A stretch of DNA of 64,000 nt, taken from an uncultured Candidatus Saccharibacteria bacterium. GTDB taxonomy: Bacteria > Patescibacteriota > Minisyncoccia > Phycocordibacterales > Phycocordibacteraceae. The DNA lies in assembly GCA_964652615.1 (NCBI GenBank), contig CAZZAT010000002.1, forward strand, positions 7,296 to 71,295, read 5' to 3'. The position numbers and the translations under genes are program-made. Under the pieces are notes generated by a model. The model ran no database searches and had not been told where the DNA came from. It saw nothing but the letters and a program-made list of their open reading frames with translations. Positions 16,828-25,987 of the stretch are shown here, one piece after another; position 1 is the stretch's first letter; each line of letters opens with the position of its first letter.

Positions 16828-19044
16828 ATGCTCAAGCGGCTCGAAATAGCCGGATTTAAGTCCTTTGCGCGCAAGACTGCGTTGGACTTTTCCTCTGCAA
16901 CAACCGCAATCGTGGGACCAAATGGTTCTGGCAAATCAAACGTTGCTGAAGCGTTTCGCTTCGCGCTTGGCGAACAATCCATGAAGAGCATGCGCGGCAA
17001 GCGAAGCGAAGACCTCATCTTCGCGGGTTCCCACGACACCGCGCGCCAGAATCGAGGAGCGGTGCTCATTACGTTTGATAACCGCAAGCGTATCTTCCCA
17101 AGACTCGATTTCGACGAGGTATCGGTTGAGCGCGTAGTGTATCGAGATGGTGCGAGCGAATACTCGATAAACGGTTCAAGAGTACGACTACGCGATGTGC
17201 AGGAGCTTCTTGCCTCTGCAAACATTGGTGAGACAGGGCACCACATCATTTCCCAAGGCGAGGCAGATCGCATCCTTCTTGCAAACCCCAAGGAGCGCCG
17301 CCTCATGCTTGAAGACGCGCTTGGTCTTAAGGTGTATGAATTTAAGAAGCAGGAGGCAATACGCAAGCTTGAGAAGACGCGTGAGAACGTAAAGGAAGTA
17401 GAGAGCCTTCGAAGAGAACTCGCACCTCATTTGAAGTTTCTTCAAAAGCAGGTAGAGAAGCTTGAGCGTGCAGAAGAACTCATACGAGGCCTGCAGGAAG
17501 CTGCTCGCGAATACTTCGCTATTGAAGAGCGATACCTTGATGATGAGCGAGAAATAAATGAGCGTTCAACGCGAGATGCACGAGAACGCCTTTCTGTTGC
17601 AGAGCAGGAACTGGGCGCTTTTTCAGATGAAACTTCAAGCGAGAGCGAAGGAATGAAGCGCATCGAAGGTGTGCGGCTTGCAGAGCGCGAGGTAGATCGT
17701 GCGCTTGGCGAGCGCGCGGAACTCTCCCGAGAAATTGGGCGCGTAGAAGGAGCTTTGTCTGAAGCAAAGCGCCGCAGCGCAGCCCTTGCGCGAGAGCCGT
17801 ACGTGAAAGTCTCTCGCGAGCATCTTGAAGCACTTCGCGATGAAGCGGAGAAGCAGGGAAGCATTGAGACGGATGAGCCGTCAGCGCTGAAGGCAGCGCT
17901 TCGAGGACTCAAGACAGCAGTTTCTGCATTCTTTGAACGCTTTGCGCTTCCTTCAGACGATTACCTAGCCGAAGAAGAACAGGCAGTCTTTCGTCTTGAA
18001 AGCGAAAAAGAAAAGCTTCTTGAGCGTGACCGCACCCTTGAAGCAAAAACAGAAGAAGCAAAGACAAAGCTTGAAAAAGCGCGCGAAGCACGTACTGCAT
18101 ACGATGAGACCGGCCGCGAAACTAAAGCGCGCATTCTCGAGCTTGCCGAGACTCGTGCAAAAGAAGAGTCTGCGCTTACCCGCGAAGAGGCGCGCGGAAA
18201 AGAGCTTAGCTATCTTCGCGAAGAATTGACAAGGGAGCGCGCTGAAGTCTTGGCGCTTGCCGGCAGCGCCGCATTTTCATACGAACCACTCGCTTCACTT
18301 CCACAAGAAGAGAGAAAAGTGCAGGAAGACCGTAAGCGTGCCATGGATCGCCTTAAGATCCGTATTGAAGAAGCGGGAGGTACCGGAGAAGAGGTGCGCA
18401 CTGAATATAACGACACAAAGAGTAGGGAAGAGTTTCTTGCGCGCGAGCTTGAAGACCTTCGCAAGTCTGCAGAAGGCCTTGAAGAGCTCATCACCAACCT
18501 CGATGAAGAACTCTCAAAATCATTTGCAGAAGGCCTTGCGAAAGTGAATGAGTCCTTCCGTGAGTTCTTTGCTCTTATGTTCGGCGGCGGCGGCGCAAAG
18601 CTCACCCTTGAAGATCTTTCGCCAAAAGCAAAAGAGGAAGAAGATCTTGATGAAGAGGAAGGAGAAGAGACTCCTGAACGCGTTGAGCGTCCGGGACTTG
18701 AGATAAGTGTGAACTTACCGAAGAAGAAGCTTCAGTCATTGATGCAGCTTTCAGGAGGCGAGCGAGCGCTCACCTCCATCGCCCTTATCTTTGCGATGAG
18801 CCAGGTGAACCCGCCGCCATTTCTTATTCTCGACGAAACAGATGCGGCGCTCGACGAAGCAAACAGCCGACGCTACGGCGATATGGTTGAACAGCTTGCA
18901 AAGAAGTCTCAGCTTATCGTCATTACACACAACCGCGAGACGATGAGCCGTGCTGGCATCCTCTACGGCGTTACGATGGGCGGGGATGGTATCAGCAAGC
19001 TTCTTTCGGTGAAGTTTGAAGAGGCGATGCAGGTGGCGAAATAG
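16828..19044 (+). CDS. smc: SMC-family chromosome segregation ATPase (short, about 739 aa)
   Basis: An N-terminal Walker A (GPNGSGKSN), extensive coiled coil, and a C-terminal signature LSGGERALTSIALIFAM plus Walker B LILDETDAALD. Confidence 0.8.
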   Translation: MLKRLEIAGFKSFARKTALDFSSATTAIVGPNGSGKSNVAEAFRFALGEQSMKSMRGKRSEDLIFAGSHDTARQNRGAVLITFDNRKRIFPRLDFDEVSVERVVYRDGASEYSINGSRVRLRDVQELLASANIGETGHHIISQGEADRILLANPKERRLMLEDALGLKVYEFKKQEAIRKLEKTRENVKEVESLRRELAPHLKFLQKQVEKLERAEELIRGLQEAAREYFAIEERYLDDEREINERSTRDARERLSVAEQELGAFSDETSSESEGMKRIEGVRLAEREVDRALGERAELSREIGRVEGALSEAKRRSAALAREPYVKVSREHLEALRDEAEKQGSIETDEPSALKAALRGLKTAVSAFFERFALPSDDYLAEEEQAVFRLESEKEKLLERDRTLEAKTEEAKTKLEKAREARTAYDETGRETKARILELAETRAKEESALTREEARGKELSYLREELTRERAEVLALAGSAAFSYEPLASLPQEERKVQEDRKRAMDRLKIRIEEAGGTGEEVRTEYNDTKSREEFLARELEDLRKSAEGLEELITNLDEELSKSFAEGLAKVNESFREFFALMFGGGGAKLTLEDLSPKAKEEEDLDEEEGEETPERVERPGLEISVNLPKKKLQSLMQLSGGERALTSIALIFAMSQVNPPPFLILDETDAALDEANSRRYGDMVEQLAKKSQLIVITHNRETMSRAGILYGVTMGGDGISKLLSVKFEEAMQVAK

Positions 19045-19047
19045 AGA

Positions 19048-19482
19048 ATGAGATACGGCAAAAGTCCCGAGACGCATGGCGGCGAAAAAGCGACTATAGT
19101 AGATGCGCACCTCGCAGCCCTCATCATGCGCGAGATTCCGCAGATACAGGGAATCGAGGTATTTGGAAGCCTTGCGCGGTCTGGGAAGGGAAACGATATC
19201 GACTTACTTCTTCTTACCGATGACGTACTTTCCATTCAATTTTTCAATGAATGTGAGAAAGATGTGATAACAGTATTGGGTGCCTCCTCTCCAAAAGAGC
19301 GCCGCCGCCGCGCGGCAGCAAAGGTGCTCGGTCCTGCGTTTAACAAAATATTGAAGAGCCTGACTTCCGCGAAGAAGGCGGACTTCGACGTGTTCCTTGC
19401 TCCTCCCGACTGGCGCGACAGGACGCCTTCTACCCATCCATTCTGGTCGCAGTTAAACAGGGATGCCGTGCGCATTGCGTAG
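19048..19482 (+). CDS. Minimal nucleotidyltransferase (MNT) domain protein
   Basis: Carries the MNT signature GS...ARG...(S/N)DIDLL: VFGSLARSGKGNDIDLLLL. Confidence 0.65.
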   Translation: MRYGKSPETHGGEKATIVDAHLAALIMREIPQIQGIEVFGSLARSGKGNDIDLLLLTDDVLSIQFFNECEKDVITVLGASSPKERRRRAAAKVLGPAFNKILKSLTSAKKADFDVFLAPPDWRDRTPSTHPFWSQLNRDAVRIA

Positions 19483-19513
19483 GCAGAAGGTTCATTTGGT
19501 ATACTCTTCCTCT

Positions 19514-20059
19514 ATGCAGGCAACCAACCTAGAAGGAAAGAATGTACCCGCAGTCGTCTTTAAGACACGAGTACGCGATGAGTCTGTCGGAGGAGATAAC
19601 CCCTTCCGCTGGCAGGACTTGTCGTCTGATGAGATTTTCAAAGGAAAGAAGGTGGTTTTGTTTGCGCTCCCTGGCGCATTCACTCCTACCTGCTCCTCAA
19701 CGCACGCACCTGGCTATGAAGCCAAGTACGAAGAGTTCAAGGCGCTTGGCATCGATTCTGTCATCTGTCTTTCAGTCAATGACGCATTTACGATGTATCA
19801 ATGGGCAAAGAACTTGAATATATCAAAGGTCTTCATGCTTCCTGACGGCAACGCCGACTTTACGAAAGCAATTGGTGCCTTGGTGAAGAAAGAGAACCTT
19901 GGTTTCGGAGACCGCTCATGGCGCTACTCCTTGTATGTGGAAGACGGCACCATCAAGAAAGCATTCATCGAGGAAGGCTTTTCAGATAACTGTCCGGACG
20001 ATCCTTTTGCCGTATCTGATGCAGATACGATGCTTAGCTACTTGAAGGAAGCAAACTAG
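19514..20059 (+). CDS. Peroxiredoxin, Prx5-like (type II)
   Basis: PGAFTPTCSSTHAPGY with the peroxidatic Cys. Confidence 0.8.
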   Translation: MQATNLEGKNVPAVVFKTRVRDESVGGDNPFRWQDLSSDEIFKGKKVVLFALPGAFTPTCSSTHAPGYEAKYEEFKALGIDSVICLSVNDAFTMYQWAKNLNISKVFMLPDGNADFTKAIGALVKKENLGFGDRSWRYSLYVEDGTIKKAFIEEGFSDNCPDDPFAVSDADTMLSYLKEAN

Positions 20060-20060
20060 T

Positions 20061-21269
20061 ATGGCTGCATTCGAGCATTTTAAGCACCACCTGAAAAAGG
20101 CGGCAGATTTGCTCGATCTTAGCGAGGGAGAGCGCATAAAGCTTGCGACACCCGACCGCGTCCTTAGAAGTGAACTCACCATACCGCTTGATGCGGGAGG
20201 CACTGCCTCATTTCCGGCATACCGCGTGCAGTTTGATAACCGGCGCGGTCCGTACAAGGGAGGGATACGCTTTCATCCTGATGCGGATGAAGACGAAGTA
20301 TCTGCGCTTGCAGCGATGATGGCGATAAAGTGTGCGGTTGTCGATATACCCTTTGGCGGAGCGAAGGGCGGCGTTGCCGTTAATCCTAAAAAGCTTTCAG
20401 AGCATGAGCAGGAGGAGCTTGCGAGAGCATATGTGCGTGCGTTTGCAGAACATCTTGGCCCTGCTATCGATATTCCTGCTCCAGACATCGCAACAAATGC
20501 GCACCTCATGGCCGTTATGAAAGAAGAGTATGAGCGTCTTGTGGGCGTACCGTCTCCTGCCGTTATTACCGGAAAGCCTCTTTCTGACGGCGGGATAGCG
20601 GGGCGCGAGAGTGCGACTGCCGCGGGTGCTGTTCATGTTCTCTCTGCACTTCTTGCGGACAGACATACAAGTGCCGCAGGGCTTCGTGTGGCAATACAAG
20701 GAGCAGGAAACGCTGGAGCCGAAGCTGCGCGTCTGCTCTCGCATATGGACATGCGCATTGTCGCGCTTTCCGACTCAAAAGGAACGCTTCTGCGAGAGGA
20801 AGGTATCGAGATACAAGAGACGCTTCGCATAAAAGAAGAGCAAGGGTCAGTCATTTGCGCTGGAGTACATGAAAACCCCGAAGCAGTACTCTCTACTCCT
20901 TGCGATATTCTTGTGCCCGCTGCGCTTGAAGAGCAGATTCACAAAGACAACGTTGAACACATACCTGCAGGCATTGTGCTTGAGATAGCAAATGGGCCCA
21001 TAACACCAGGGGCTGATGATGTGCTTTCAGCAAAAGCAGTTGCTGTCGTGCCAGACGTGCTTGCAAATGCAGGAGGCGTCACCGTCTCATACTTCGAGTG
21101 GCTTCAAAATACGAGTGGTGAAGCGTGGGACTCGATGCGTGTTGCCAGTCGCCTTGAAGAGACGATGAAAGATGCATATCGGGATGTTGCTGACTTTGCG
21201 CTTGATAGGGGAACGACACTTCGGGAAGCCGCATACGCTCTCGCGCTCCTTCGTCTGACCGAAGAATAG
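20061..21269 (+). CDS. Glutamate dehydrogenase, or a member of the Glu/Leu/Phe/Val dehydrogenase family
   Basis: YRVQFDNRRGPYKGGIRFHP...FGGAKGG and a Rossmann GAGNAG motif. Confidence 0.85.
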   Translation: MAAFEHFKHHLKKAADLLDLSEGERIKLATPDRVLRSELTIPLDAGGTASFPAYRVQFDNRRGPYKGGIRFHPDADEDEVSALAAMMAIKCAVVDIPFGGAKGGVAVNPKKLSEHEQEELARAYVRAFAEHLGPAIDIPAPDIATNAHLMAVMKEEYERLVGVPSPAVITGKPLSDGGIAGRESATAAGAVHVLSALLADRHTSAAGLRVAIQGAGNAGAEAARLLSHMDMRIVALSDSKGTLLREEGIEIQETLRIKEEQGSVICAGVHENPEAVLSTPCDILVPAALEEQIHKDNVEHIPAGIVLEIANGPITPGADDVLSAKAVAVVPDVLANAGGVTVSYFEWLQNTSGEAWDSMRVASRLEETMKDAYRDVADFALDRGTTLREAAYALALLRLTEE

Positions 21270-21274
21270 AAAAA

Positions 21275-21298
21275 CTGCAGGCTAGGGATAGCCTGCAG
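21275..21298. terminator. Bidirectional hairpin terminator
   Basis: ctgcaggct-agggat-agcctgcag, flanked by aaaaa and tttcg. Confidence 0.55.
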
Positions 21299-21303
21299 TT
21301 TCG

Positions 21304-21603
21304 TTAAGCGCGTTTTTTAGGGCGCGTTGCTGATTTTTCTGGAGCATTCTCGCTTTCTGCAAGAATTCGTTCCACTTCAGCATTTGCTTTTGCAAGAATT
21401 GATCTGCGCGTCTGCGCCATTTCAATAAGGACTTCTGCAAGAGAAGCTTCATGGGGCGCAAAGAGATGGATACGCTGTCCATCTGCGGCAAGCACTGCGC
21501 GTCCCCAATCATCTTCTGTGCTCCACGGCCCAGGATGCTTTTCGACAAGCGCATCAAGGAGTGGCATGAGAGCTCGGAGTCTGCGAGCATACGATACTGT
21601 CAT
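21304..21603 (-). CDS. Hypothetical protein (99 aa)
   Basis: ORF only. Confidence 0.4.
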   Translation of the reverse strand: MTVSYARRLRALMPLLDALVEKHPGPWSTEDDWGRAVLAADGQRIHLFAPHEASLAEVLIEMAQTRRSILAKANAEVERILAESENAPEKSATRPKKRA

Positions 21604-21744
21604 GTATACCTCCGTACATCTTTTAGAAGACTAGCGCTTTTCAGTGCCTCTGCAAGTTATGCACCTACGCGCATTTCTCCTGCGTAAAAGATTCTATACT
21701 TTCCTCCATGCCGCGTTTAGCGGCTAAGAAAAGGAGACGGGGAC

Positions 21745-21930
21745 ATGTATCCCGAACATCCTGAAAAAAGATCCGTAGTTGCTGAATGGCTCATACCGGT
21801 TTGCTTGTGGGTGTTTGGCGTCCTCCCGATGGGGTGGCTCGCCTATGAATCCTCCAAACCGCGCGAACTGTTTGCCGAGTACGGCAGCGGGGTAACGACC
21901 GAAGAAGCAACTATTGCTTCAAATGAATAG
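21745..21930 (+). CDS. Small membrane protein (61 aa)
   Basis: A strong SD (AAAAGGAGACGGGG); one TM helix. Confidence 0.35.
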   Translation: MYPEHPEKRSVVAEWLIPVCLWVFGVLPMGWLAYESSKPRELFAEYGSGVTTEEATIASNE

Positions 21931-21961
21931 CTCCTCGTCCGCGCGGCAGAACGCCGCGCGG

Positions 21962-23944
21962 TTATTTCTTCACTAGTTCAAAATCAAGCTCTCGCTCGGG
22001 AATGCGCGCTGCAGTGAGGCGCACCTGCACGCGGTCGCCAAGCGCGTATTCGGTCTTGGTGCGCTCTCCCACAAGACGGTAGCGCTTCTGGTCATGGACG
22101 TAGTAGTCATCGCCAATGGTTGTGATGCGCACCATGCCATCTGCACGCGTCTCATCAAGTTCGACATAGAAGCCGCGGTCGGTGACGCCTGATATGACTC
22201 CTGAAAACTCTTCGCCAATTCTTCCTGCGAGAAACTCCACTTGCTTCATCTTTATAGAATCGCGCTCGGCTTCAGCTGCCGCTACCTCGCGTTCAGACGA
22301 GCGAAGCGCAAGAGTATCAAACTCTGCCATTGCCCCCGTACTCATCGGCTGGTTTGAGACATAGTGCTTTAGCATGCGGTGCACCAACACGTCTGGATAG
22401 CGCCTAATAGGGGAGGTGAAGTGCGTATAGAAATCGAAGGCGAGACCAAAGTGCCCGATGTTCTTTGTTGAGTAGATGGCTTTTGACATAGACCGGAGCG
22501 TTGCCATTTTGATGAGGTATTCCTCGGGAGTTCCCTTCGCTTTTCCAAGAAGCGTATTGAGGGCAGGACCTGCAACGCGTCCGCCAGGGCCTACCGGAAG
22601 GTCGTATCCCATAACCTTCAAAAACGCAGAGAGATTCACGATGCGCTCTGCGTCCGGTGCGTCGTGTATGCGGTAGATAGAAGGATTGCCGCCGTTTCGC
22701 TTGCCTTGCTGCGCAAGCTCTTCGGCAACTGCTACGTTTGCGAGAAGCATGAAATCTTCAATGAGGAGATTGGTTTCTTTGCGTTCCTTGAGGTGCACGG
22801 CGATAGGCTTCCCTTCGTCATTAAGCTCAATTTTCACTTCTGCAGTATCAAATTCGACTGCGCCGTGCGCGATGCGGCGCGCGCGCATCTTGCGAGCAAG
22901 ATCGCGAAGGATGTTGAGCTCGGTAAGCATCGGCCCACTCTGTGCGTCAATCACTTCTTGCGCTTCTTCGTAGGCAAACCGCTTGTCAGAGTGGATGATG
23001 GTTTCTCCAAACCAGCGTTCTTTAATGGTTCCTTCTGCATCAAGAACAAACACAGCGCTCATAGCAAGACGGTCCACATTCGGGTTTAAGGAACAGTAGT
23101 TCGTCGAAAGAACATGGGGGAGCATGGGAATAGTGCGGTCAACAAGGTATACGCTTGTTGCGCGGTTGCGGCCTTCAGCATCAATAACTGATCCAGGACG
23201 CACGAAGAAGGAAACGTCTGCAATATGCACGCCCACCTCCACATCGCCGTTTGAAAGGGGGCGCACCGAAAGCGCATCGTCAAAGTCCTTCGCGTCAACA
23301 GGGTCTATCGTAAACGTCGTGATACCTCTAAAGTCGCGGCGCACGCCTGTTGAAGGCGTGCCATCCCATACCGCTACGCCTTTTGCTTCTTCTGCAATCA
23401 TCGCTTCGCCTGTTTCTTCGAGCTTTTTTGCTTCGGCAACAACTCCAGGAGGGAAGTCAGAGGAGAAGCCTTGAGAGAGCGCAAGTGCGCGCATCTCAAC
23501 GTCATGCACGCCCGCCTCTCCAATAATTTCTTCAACGGTGCCCCAGGGGAAGCGCGCATCTTTTTCCCAGCCGCCAAGCGCGAGCACCACCTTACTGCCA
23601 AGCGGAAGCTTCTCTCCCTTTGCAAAGAAGGGGACGTACATTTTCTTCCAATCAGGTACGAGAATGACCTCGCCCTCTTCAGGACCCTCGCCAGCAACGA
23701 GTTTTCCTACGAACTTCTCACGGCTTCGAGAGATAATGCGCGCCACTGCTCCAGTCTTTCGCTTTTTCCCTGTCTTTGGATCTACGGACTCTCCTGTCTC
23801 CTCTATCTCAACAATGTCTCCAGGGAAGGCGGTGCCAAGAGCATCTTCGGGGATGTAGATGTCTTCCTCACCTTCTTTGTACGTGAAAAACCCCTTGCCG
23901 GTGCGGGTAATGAGTATCGGTCCTTCGTGTGTTGCGCCCTTCAT
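21962..23944 (-). CDS. rnr: Ribonuclease R (RNB family exoribonuclease)
   Basis: An RNB catalytic domain (ITTFTIDPVDAKDFDDALS...HIADVS) and a C-terminal S1 domain. Confidence 0.85.
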   Translation of the reverse strand: MKGATHEGPILITRTGKGFFTYKEGEEDIYIPEDALGTAFPGDIVEIEETGESVDPKTGKKRKTGAVARIISRSREKFVGKLVAGEGPEEGEVILVPDWKKMYVPFFAKGEKLPLGSKVVLALGGWEKDARFPWGTVEEIIGEAGVHDVEMRALALSQGFSSDFPPGVVAEAKKLEETGEAMIAEEAKGVAVWDGTPSTGVRRDFRGITTFTIDPVDAKDFDDALSVRPLSNGDVEVGVHIADVSFFVRPGSVIDAEGRNRATSVYLVDRTIPMLPHVLSTNYCSLNPNVDRLAMSAVFVLDAEGTIKERWFGETIIHSDKRFAYEEAQEVIDAQSGPMLTELNILRDLARKMRARRIAHGAVEFDTAEVKIELNDEGKPIAVHLKERKETNLLIEDFMLLANVAVAEELAQQGKRNGGNPSIYRIHDAPDAERIVNLSAFLKVMGYDLPVGPGGRVAGPALNTLLGKAKGTPEEYLIKMATLRSMSKAIYSTKNIGHFGLAFDFYTHFTSPIRRYPDVLVHRMLKHYVSNQPMSTGAMAEFDTLALRSSEREVAAAEAERDSIKMKQVEFLAGRIGEEFSGVISGVTDRGFYVELDETRADGMVRITTIGDDYYVHDQKRYRLVGERTKTEYALGDRVQVRLTAARIPERELDFELVKK

Positions 23945-23949
23945 TTGTT

Positions 23950-24145
23950 TTACTCTAGCAGATTACCGGCCTTCTGCTATCATGCGCGTGTCCGTACGAA
24001 AGGCAGGCTTTCCTGAAGTAGGTCGTATCAAGTCGCGTTGCGCGATCGAGGAGGGAGCCGCTTCGGGTACCGACGGCCGTATCTGTAACGGTCCTGAGCC
24101 TTTGCTCAGGTGCGCCAAGCCTTCGGGTTTGGCGCACTTTTCTTT
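23950..24145 (+). ncRNA. Candidate small structured RNA or leader element ending in an intrinsic terminator
   Basis: Multiple nested hairpins and no convincing CDS. It ends in a 12-bp helix capped by a UUCG tetraloop, followed by ttttcttt. It is bounded by the rnr start and the rpsP promoter-like element. Confidence 0.2.
24110..24145 (+). terminator. Intrinsic terminator with a UUCG-capped stem
   Basis: gtgcgccaagcc-ttcg-ggtttggcgcac followed by ttttcttt. Confidence 0.55.
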
Positions 24146-24150
24146 CGGGT

Positions 24151-24179
24151 TTGACTGAAACCGCTTATTTTGGTACTCT
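24151..24179 (+). promoter_or_regulatory. Putative rpsP promoter
   Basis: TTGACT, a 17-nt spacer, then TACTCT, ending 9 nt before the rpsP ATG (short or absent leader). Confidence 0.35.
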
Positions 24180-24187
24180 CGCGGGAC

Positions 24188-24646
24188 ATGTTGATGATTC
24201 GCTTCCAGAGGATAGGCCGCAAGAACGACCCGGCTTTTCGCATACTCGTCCTCGAAAAGACCTCAAGCCCTAAAGCCGGCACCTATGTCGAGCAGGTCGG
24301 CACCTATAACCCAAAGACCAAAGACTTCAGCGCAAACGCCGAGGCTATTAAAGGCTGGATAGCAAAAGGCGCACAGCTCTCTCCTTCACTCCAGAACCTC
24401 CTCATTCGCAAGGGCGTTATCGAAGGTAAGAAGAGTGCGTCGGTCGTGAAGAAGAAGAATCTTGAGAAGAACATTGCAAAGAAGGCCGCTGAAGAGGCTG
24501 CGGCAAAGGAAGCTGCAGAGAAAGCAGCGGCTGATGCGGCAGCTGTTGAGGTAGTAGCAGAGGCTCCTGCAGAAGAGCCTGTAGCTGAAGCTCCGGCTGA
24601 AGAGGTTGCAGAAGTGAAGGAAGAAGAGGTTCCTGCTGCTGCGTAG
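24188..24646 (+). CDS. rpsP: Ribosomal protein bS16 with an Ala/Glu/Lys-rich C-terminal extension
   Basis: MLMIRFQRIGRKNDPAFRI matches the bS16 N-terminus; the listed ORF start at 24170 is a TTG, whereas an ATG sits at 24188. Confidence 0.85.
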   Translation: MLMIRFQRIGRKNDPAFRILVLEKTSSPKAGTYVEQVGTYNPKTKDFSANAEAIKGWIAKGAQLSPSLQNLLIRKGVIEGKKSASVVKKKNLEKNIAKKAAEEAAAKEAAEKAAADAAAVEVVAEAPAEEPVAEAPAEEVAEVKEEEVPAAA

Positions 24647-24697
24647 TAAGTGCGCCTTTGGCGCTGTGTGCTTAATGGCTGAACTGACTGAAACGAT

Positions 24698-25012
24698 ATG
24701 AATGAAAAACATCCAGAAGAACTCTTTCTTGAATACGTGGTAACGGCACTCGTTGACCATCCGGAAGACATTTCCATTACACGCACCGTCGACAATCTCG
24801 GCGTTCTCCTTACCCTTACGGTGCATAAAGATGACATGGGCAAGGTGATAGGACGCGGCGGTAAGCTTGCAACGCAGGCAATACGCCCTCTTCTTTCTGC
24901 TGTTGGCATGAAGCACAATGCGCGCGTTTCTTTGAAGATAAACGAGCCTATGGGCGGGAAGCGTGAACAGGAATTCAAGAGTCTTGAAGAAACGCTCGAA
25001 AGCCTGAACTAA
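24698..25012 (+). CDS. KH-domain RNA-binding protein (KhpA/YlqC-like)
   Basis: Has the GRGGK...AIR KH motif and sits in the conserved position between rpsP and trmD. Confidence 0.8.
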   Translation: MNEKHPEELFLEYVVTALVDHPEDISITRTVDNLGVLLTLTVHKDDMGKVIGRGGKLATQAIRPLLSAVGMKHNARVSLKINEPMGGKREQEFKSLEETLESLN

Positions 25013-25668
25013 TGCTTCGCTTTCACCTCATCACCCTTTTCCCTGAAGCGTGCGACGCCTATCTAAACGCATCCATACTGGGGCGCGCCAGAAAGAACAA
25101 GAAGATTAGCGTCTCGTATCAGTCTCCGCGCGACTATGTCGATAACAAGTGGGGGAAGGTAGATGAGCGTCCCTATGGCGGCGGTCCTGGCATGGTGATG
25201 CAAGCACTCCCTATCGTACGCGCTGCAAAGAAAGCGGTAGGAAGAAAGAAAGGGAAGAAGGCGTTTGTTTGGTTCTCGCCTTCTGCTCCTGCTTTTACCA
25301 ACAAGGAAGCAGACAAGCTCGCAGCGTTTGATGACATCGTTCTCATCTGCGGCCGCTATGAAGGTATCGATGAGCGTGCAGCAAAAATACTAAAGACCAT
25401 GGGCACTCTGAAGCGGTATTCGGTGGGCGAGGCAACTCTGACGGGTGCTGAAGTTCCTGCTATGGCACTCGTGGATGCGGTTTCTCGCAGACTTACCGGA
25501 GTCCTTGGAAAGGATGAGTCAGTAGAAGAGCGCAGAGTTTCAAGCGGAGAAGTATATACGCGCCCTGAAGAAATCGTATTTGAAAAGAAGAAGTATCGCG
25601 TGCCGAAAGTGCTCATTTCAGGACATCAGGCGAAGATAGAGGAGTGGAAGAAGGGGAGGAAGAGCTAA
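25012..25668 (+). CDS. trmD: tRNA (guanine37-N1)-methyltransferase
   Basis: ITLFPE, PYGGGPGMVM, LICGRYEGIDER and the SPOUT knot motifs; its start overlaps the upstream stop (TAATG). Confidence 0.9.
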   Translation: MLRFHLITLFPEACDAYLNASILGRARKNKKISVSYQSPRDYVDNKWGKVDERPYGGGPGMVMQALPIVRAAKKAVGRKKGKKAFVWFSPSAPAFTNKEADKLAAFDDIVLICGRYEGIDERAAKILKTMGTLKRYSVGEATLTGAEVPAMALVDAVSRRLTGVLGKDESVEERRVSSGEVYTRPEEIVFEKKKYRVPKVLISGHQAKIEEWKKGRKS

Positions 25669-25687
25669 CGTATTTCAAATAGAAAGA

Positions 25688-25714
25688 GGGGGCAGGTTTA
25701 TCCTGCCCCCTCAC
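25688..25714 (-). terminator. Hairpin terminator (T-tract on the minus strand) downstream of the Cys-rich peptide ORF
   Basis: gagggggcagg-tttat-cctgccccctc; a tttctattt run follows it on the minus strand. Confidence 0.5.
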
Positions 25715-25734
25715 TGGGTGTAGTCGAGGTTCGA

Positions 25735-25854
25735 CTACTTCTTTTTATTGCACTTCGAGCACTGTCCGCAGTGCCCGCAACCGCTACCGCGGTGCCCACC
25801 AGAGCCGTGTTTTGACCCTGGGTGATTGCATTTGCGGCCGCTACCTTTACCCAT
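25735..25854 (-). CDS. 39-aa Cys/His/Gly-rich peptide (MGKGSGRKCNHPGSKHGSGGHRGSGCGHCGQCSKCNKKK), not in the ORF track
   Basis: An ATG preceded by an AAGGA-like SD; it has 6 Cys and 4 His, including a CxxCxxCxxC run; its own terminator follows. Translated codon by codon from the sequence. Confidence 0.35.
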   Translation of the reverse strand: MGKGSGRKCNHPGSKHGSGGHRGSGCGHCGQCSKCNKKK

Positions 25855-25987
25855 AGGAACATTCCTTCTTTCTCGTATCCCTCGCGCTCAACTGTACCAT
25901 TAGAAATATGGAAAGCAAGGAGCTGTGTGTAGGTGTATCAAAACACAACTACAAAAACAGGACGTCCAAAGACGTCCTGTTCCAGTT

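Noticed and set aside
16818-17912. Ser/Arg-rich minus-strand ORFs inside smc
   Set aside because: They are antisense to the coiled-coil coding region, which is rich in GAG/GCG/CGC codons, so they are spurious.
22182-24016. Several 60-180-aa plus-strand ORFs across rnr
   Set aside because: They lie antisense to the conserved RNase R gene. They have no SDs and biased composition.
23950-24145. Assignment of the structured element as SRP RNA (4.5S)
   Set aside because: The size is compatible, but I could not find the conserved domain IV GGAA/AGCAG motifs. It is left as an unclassified candidate RNA.
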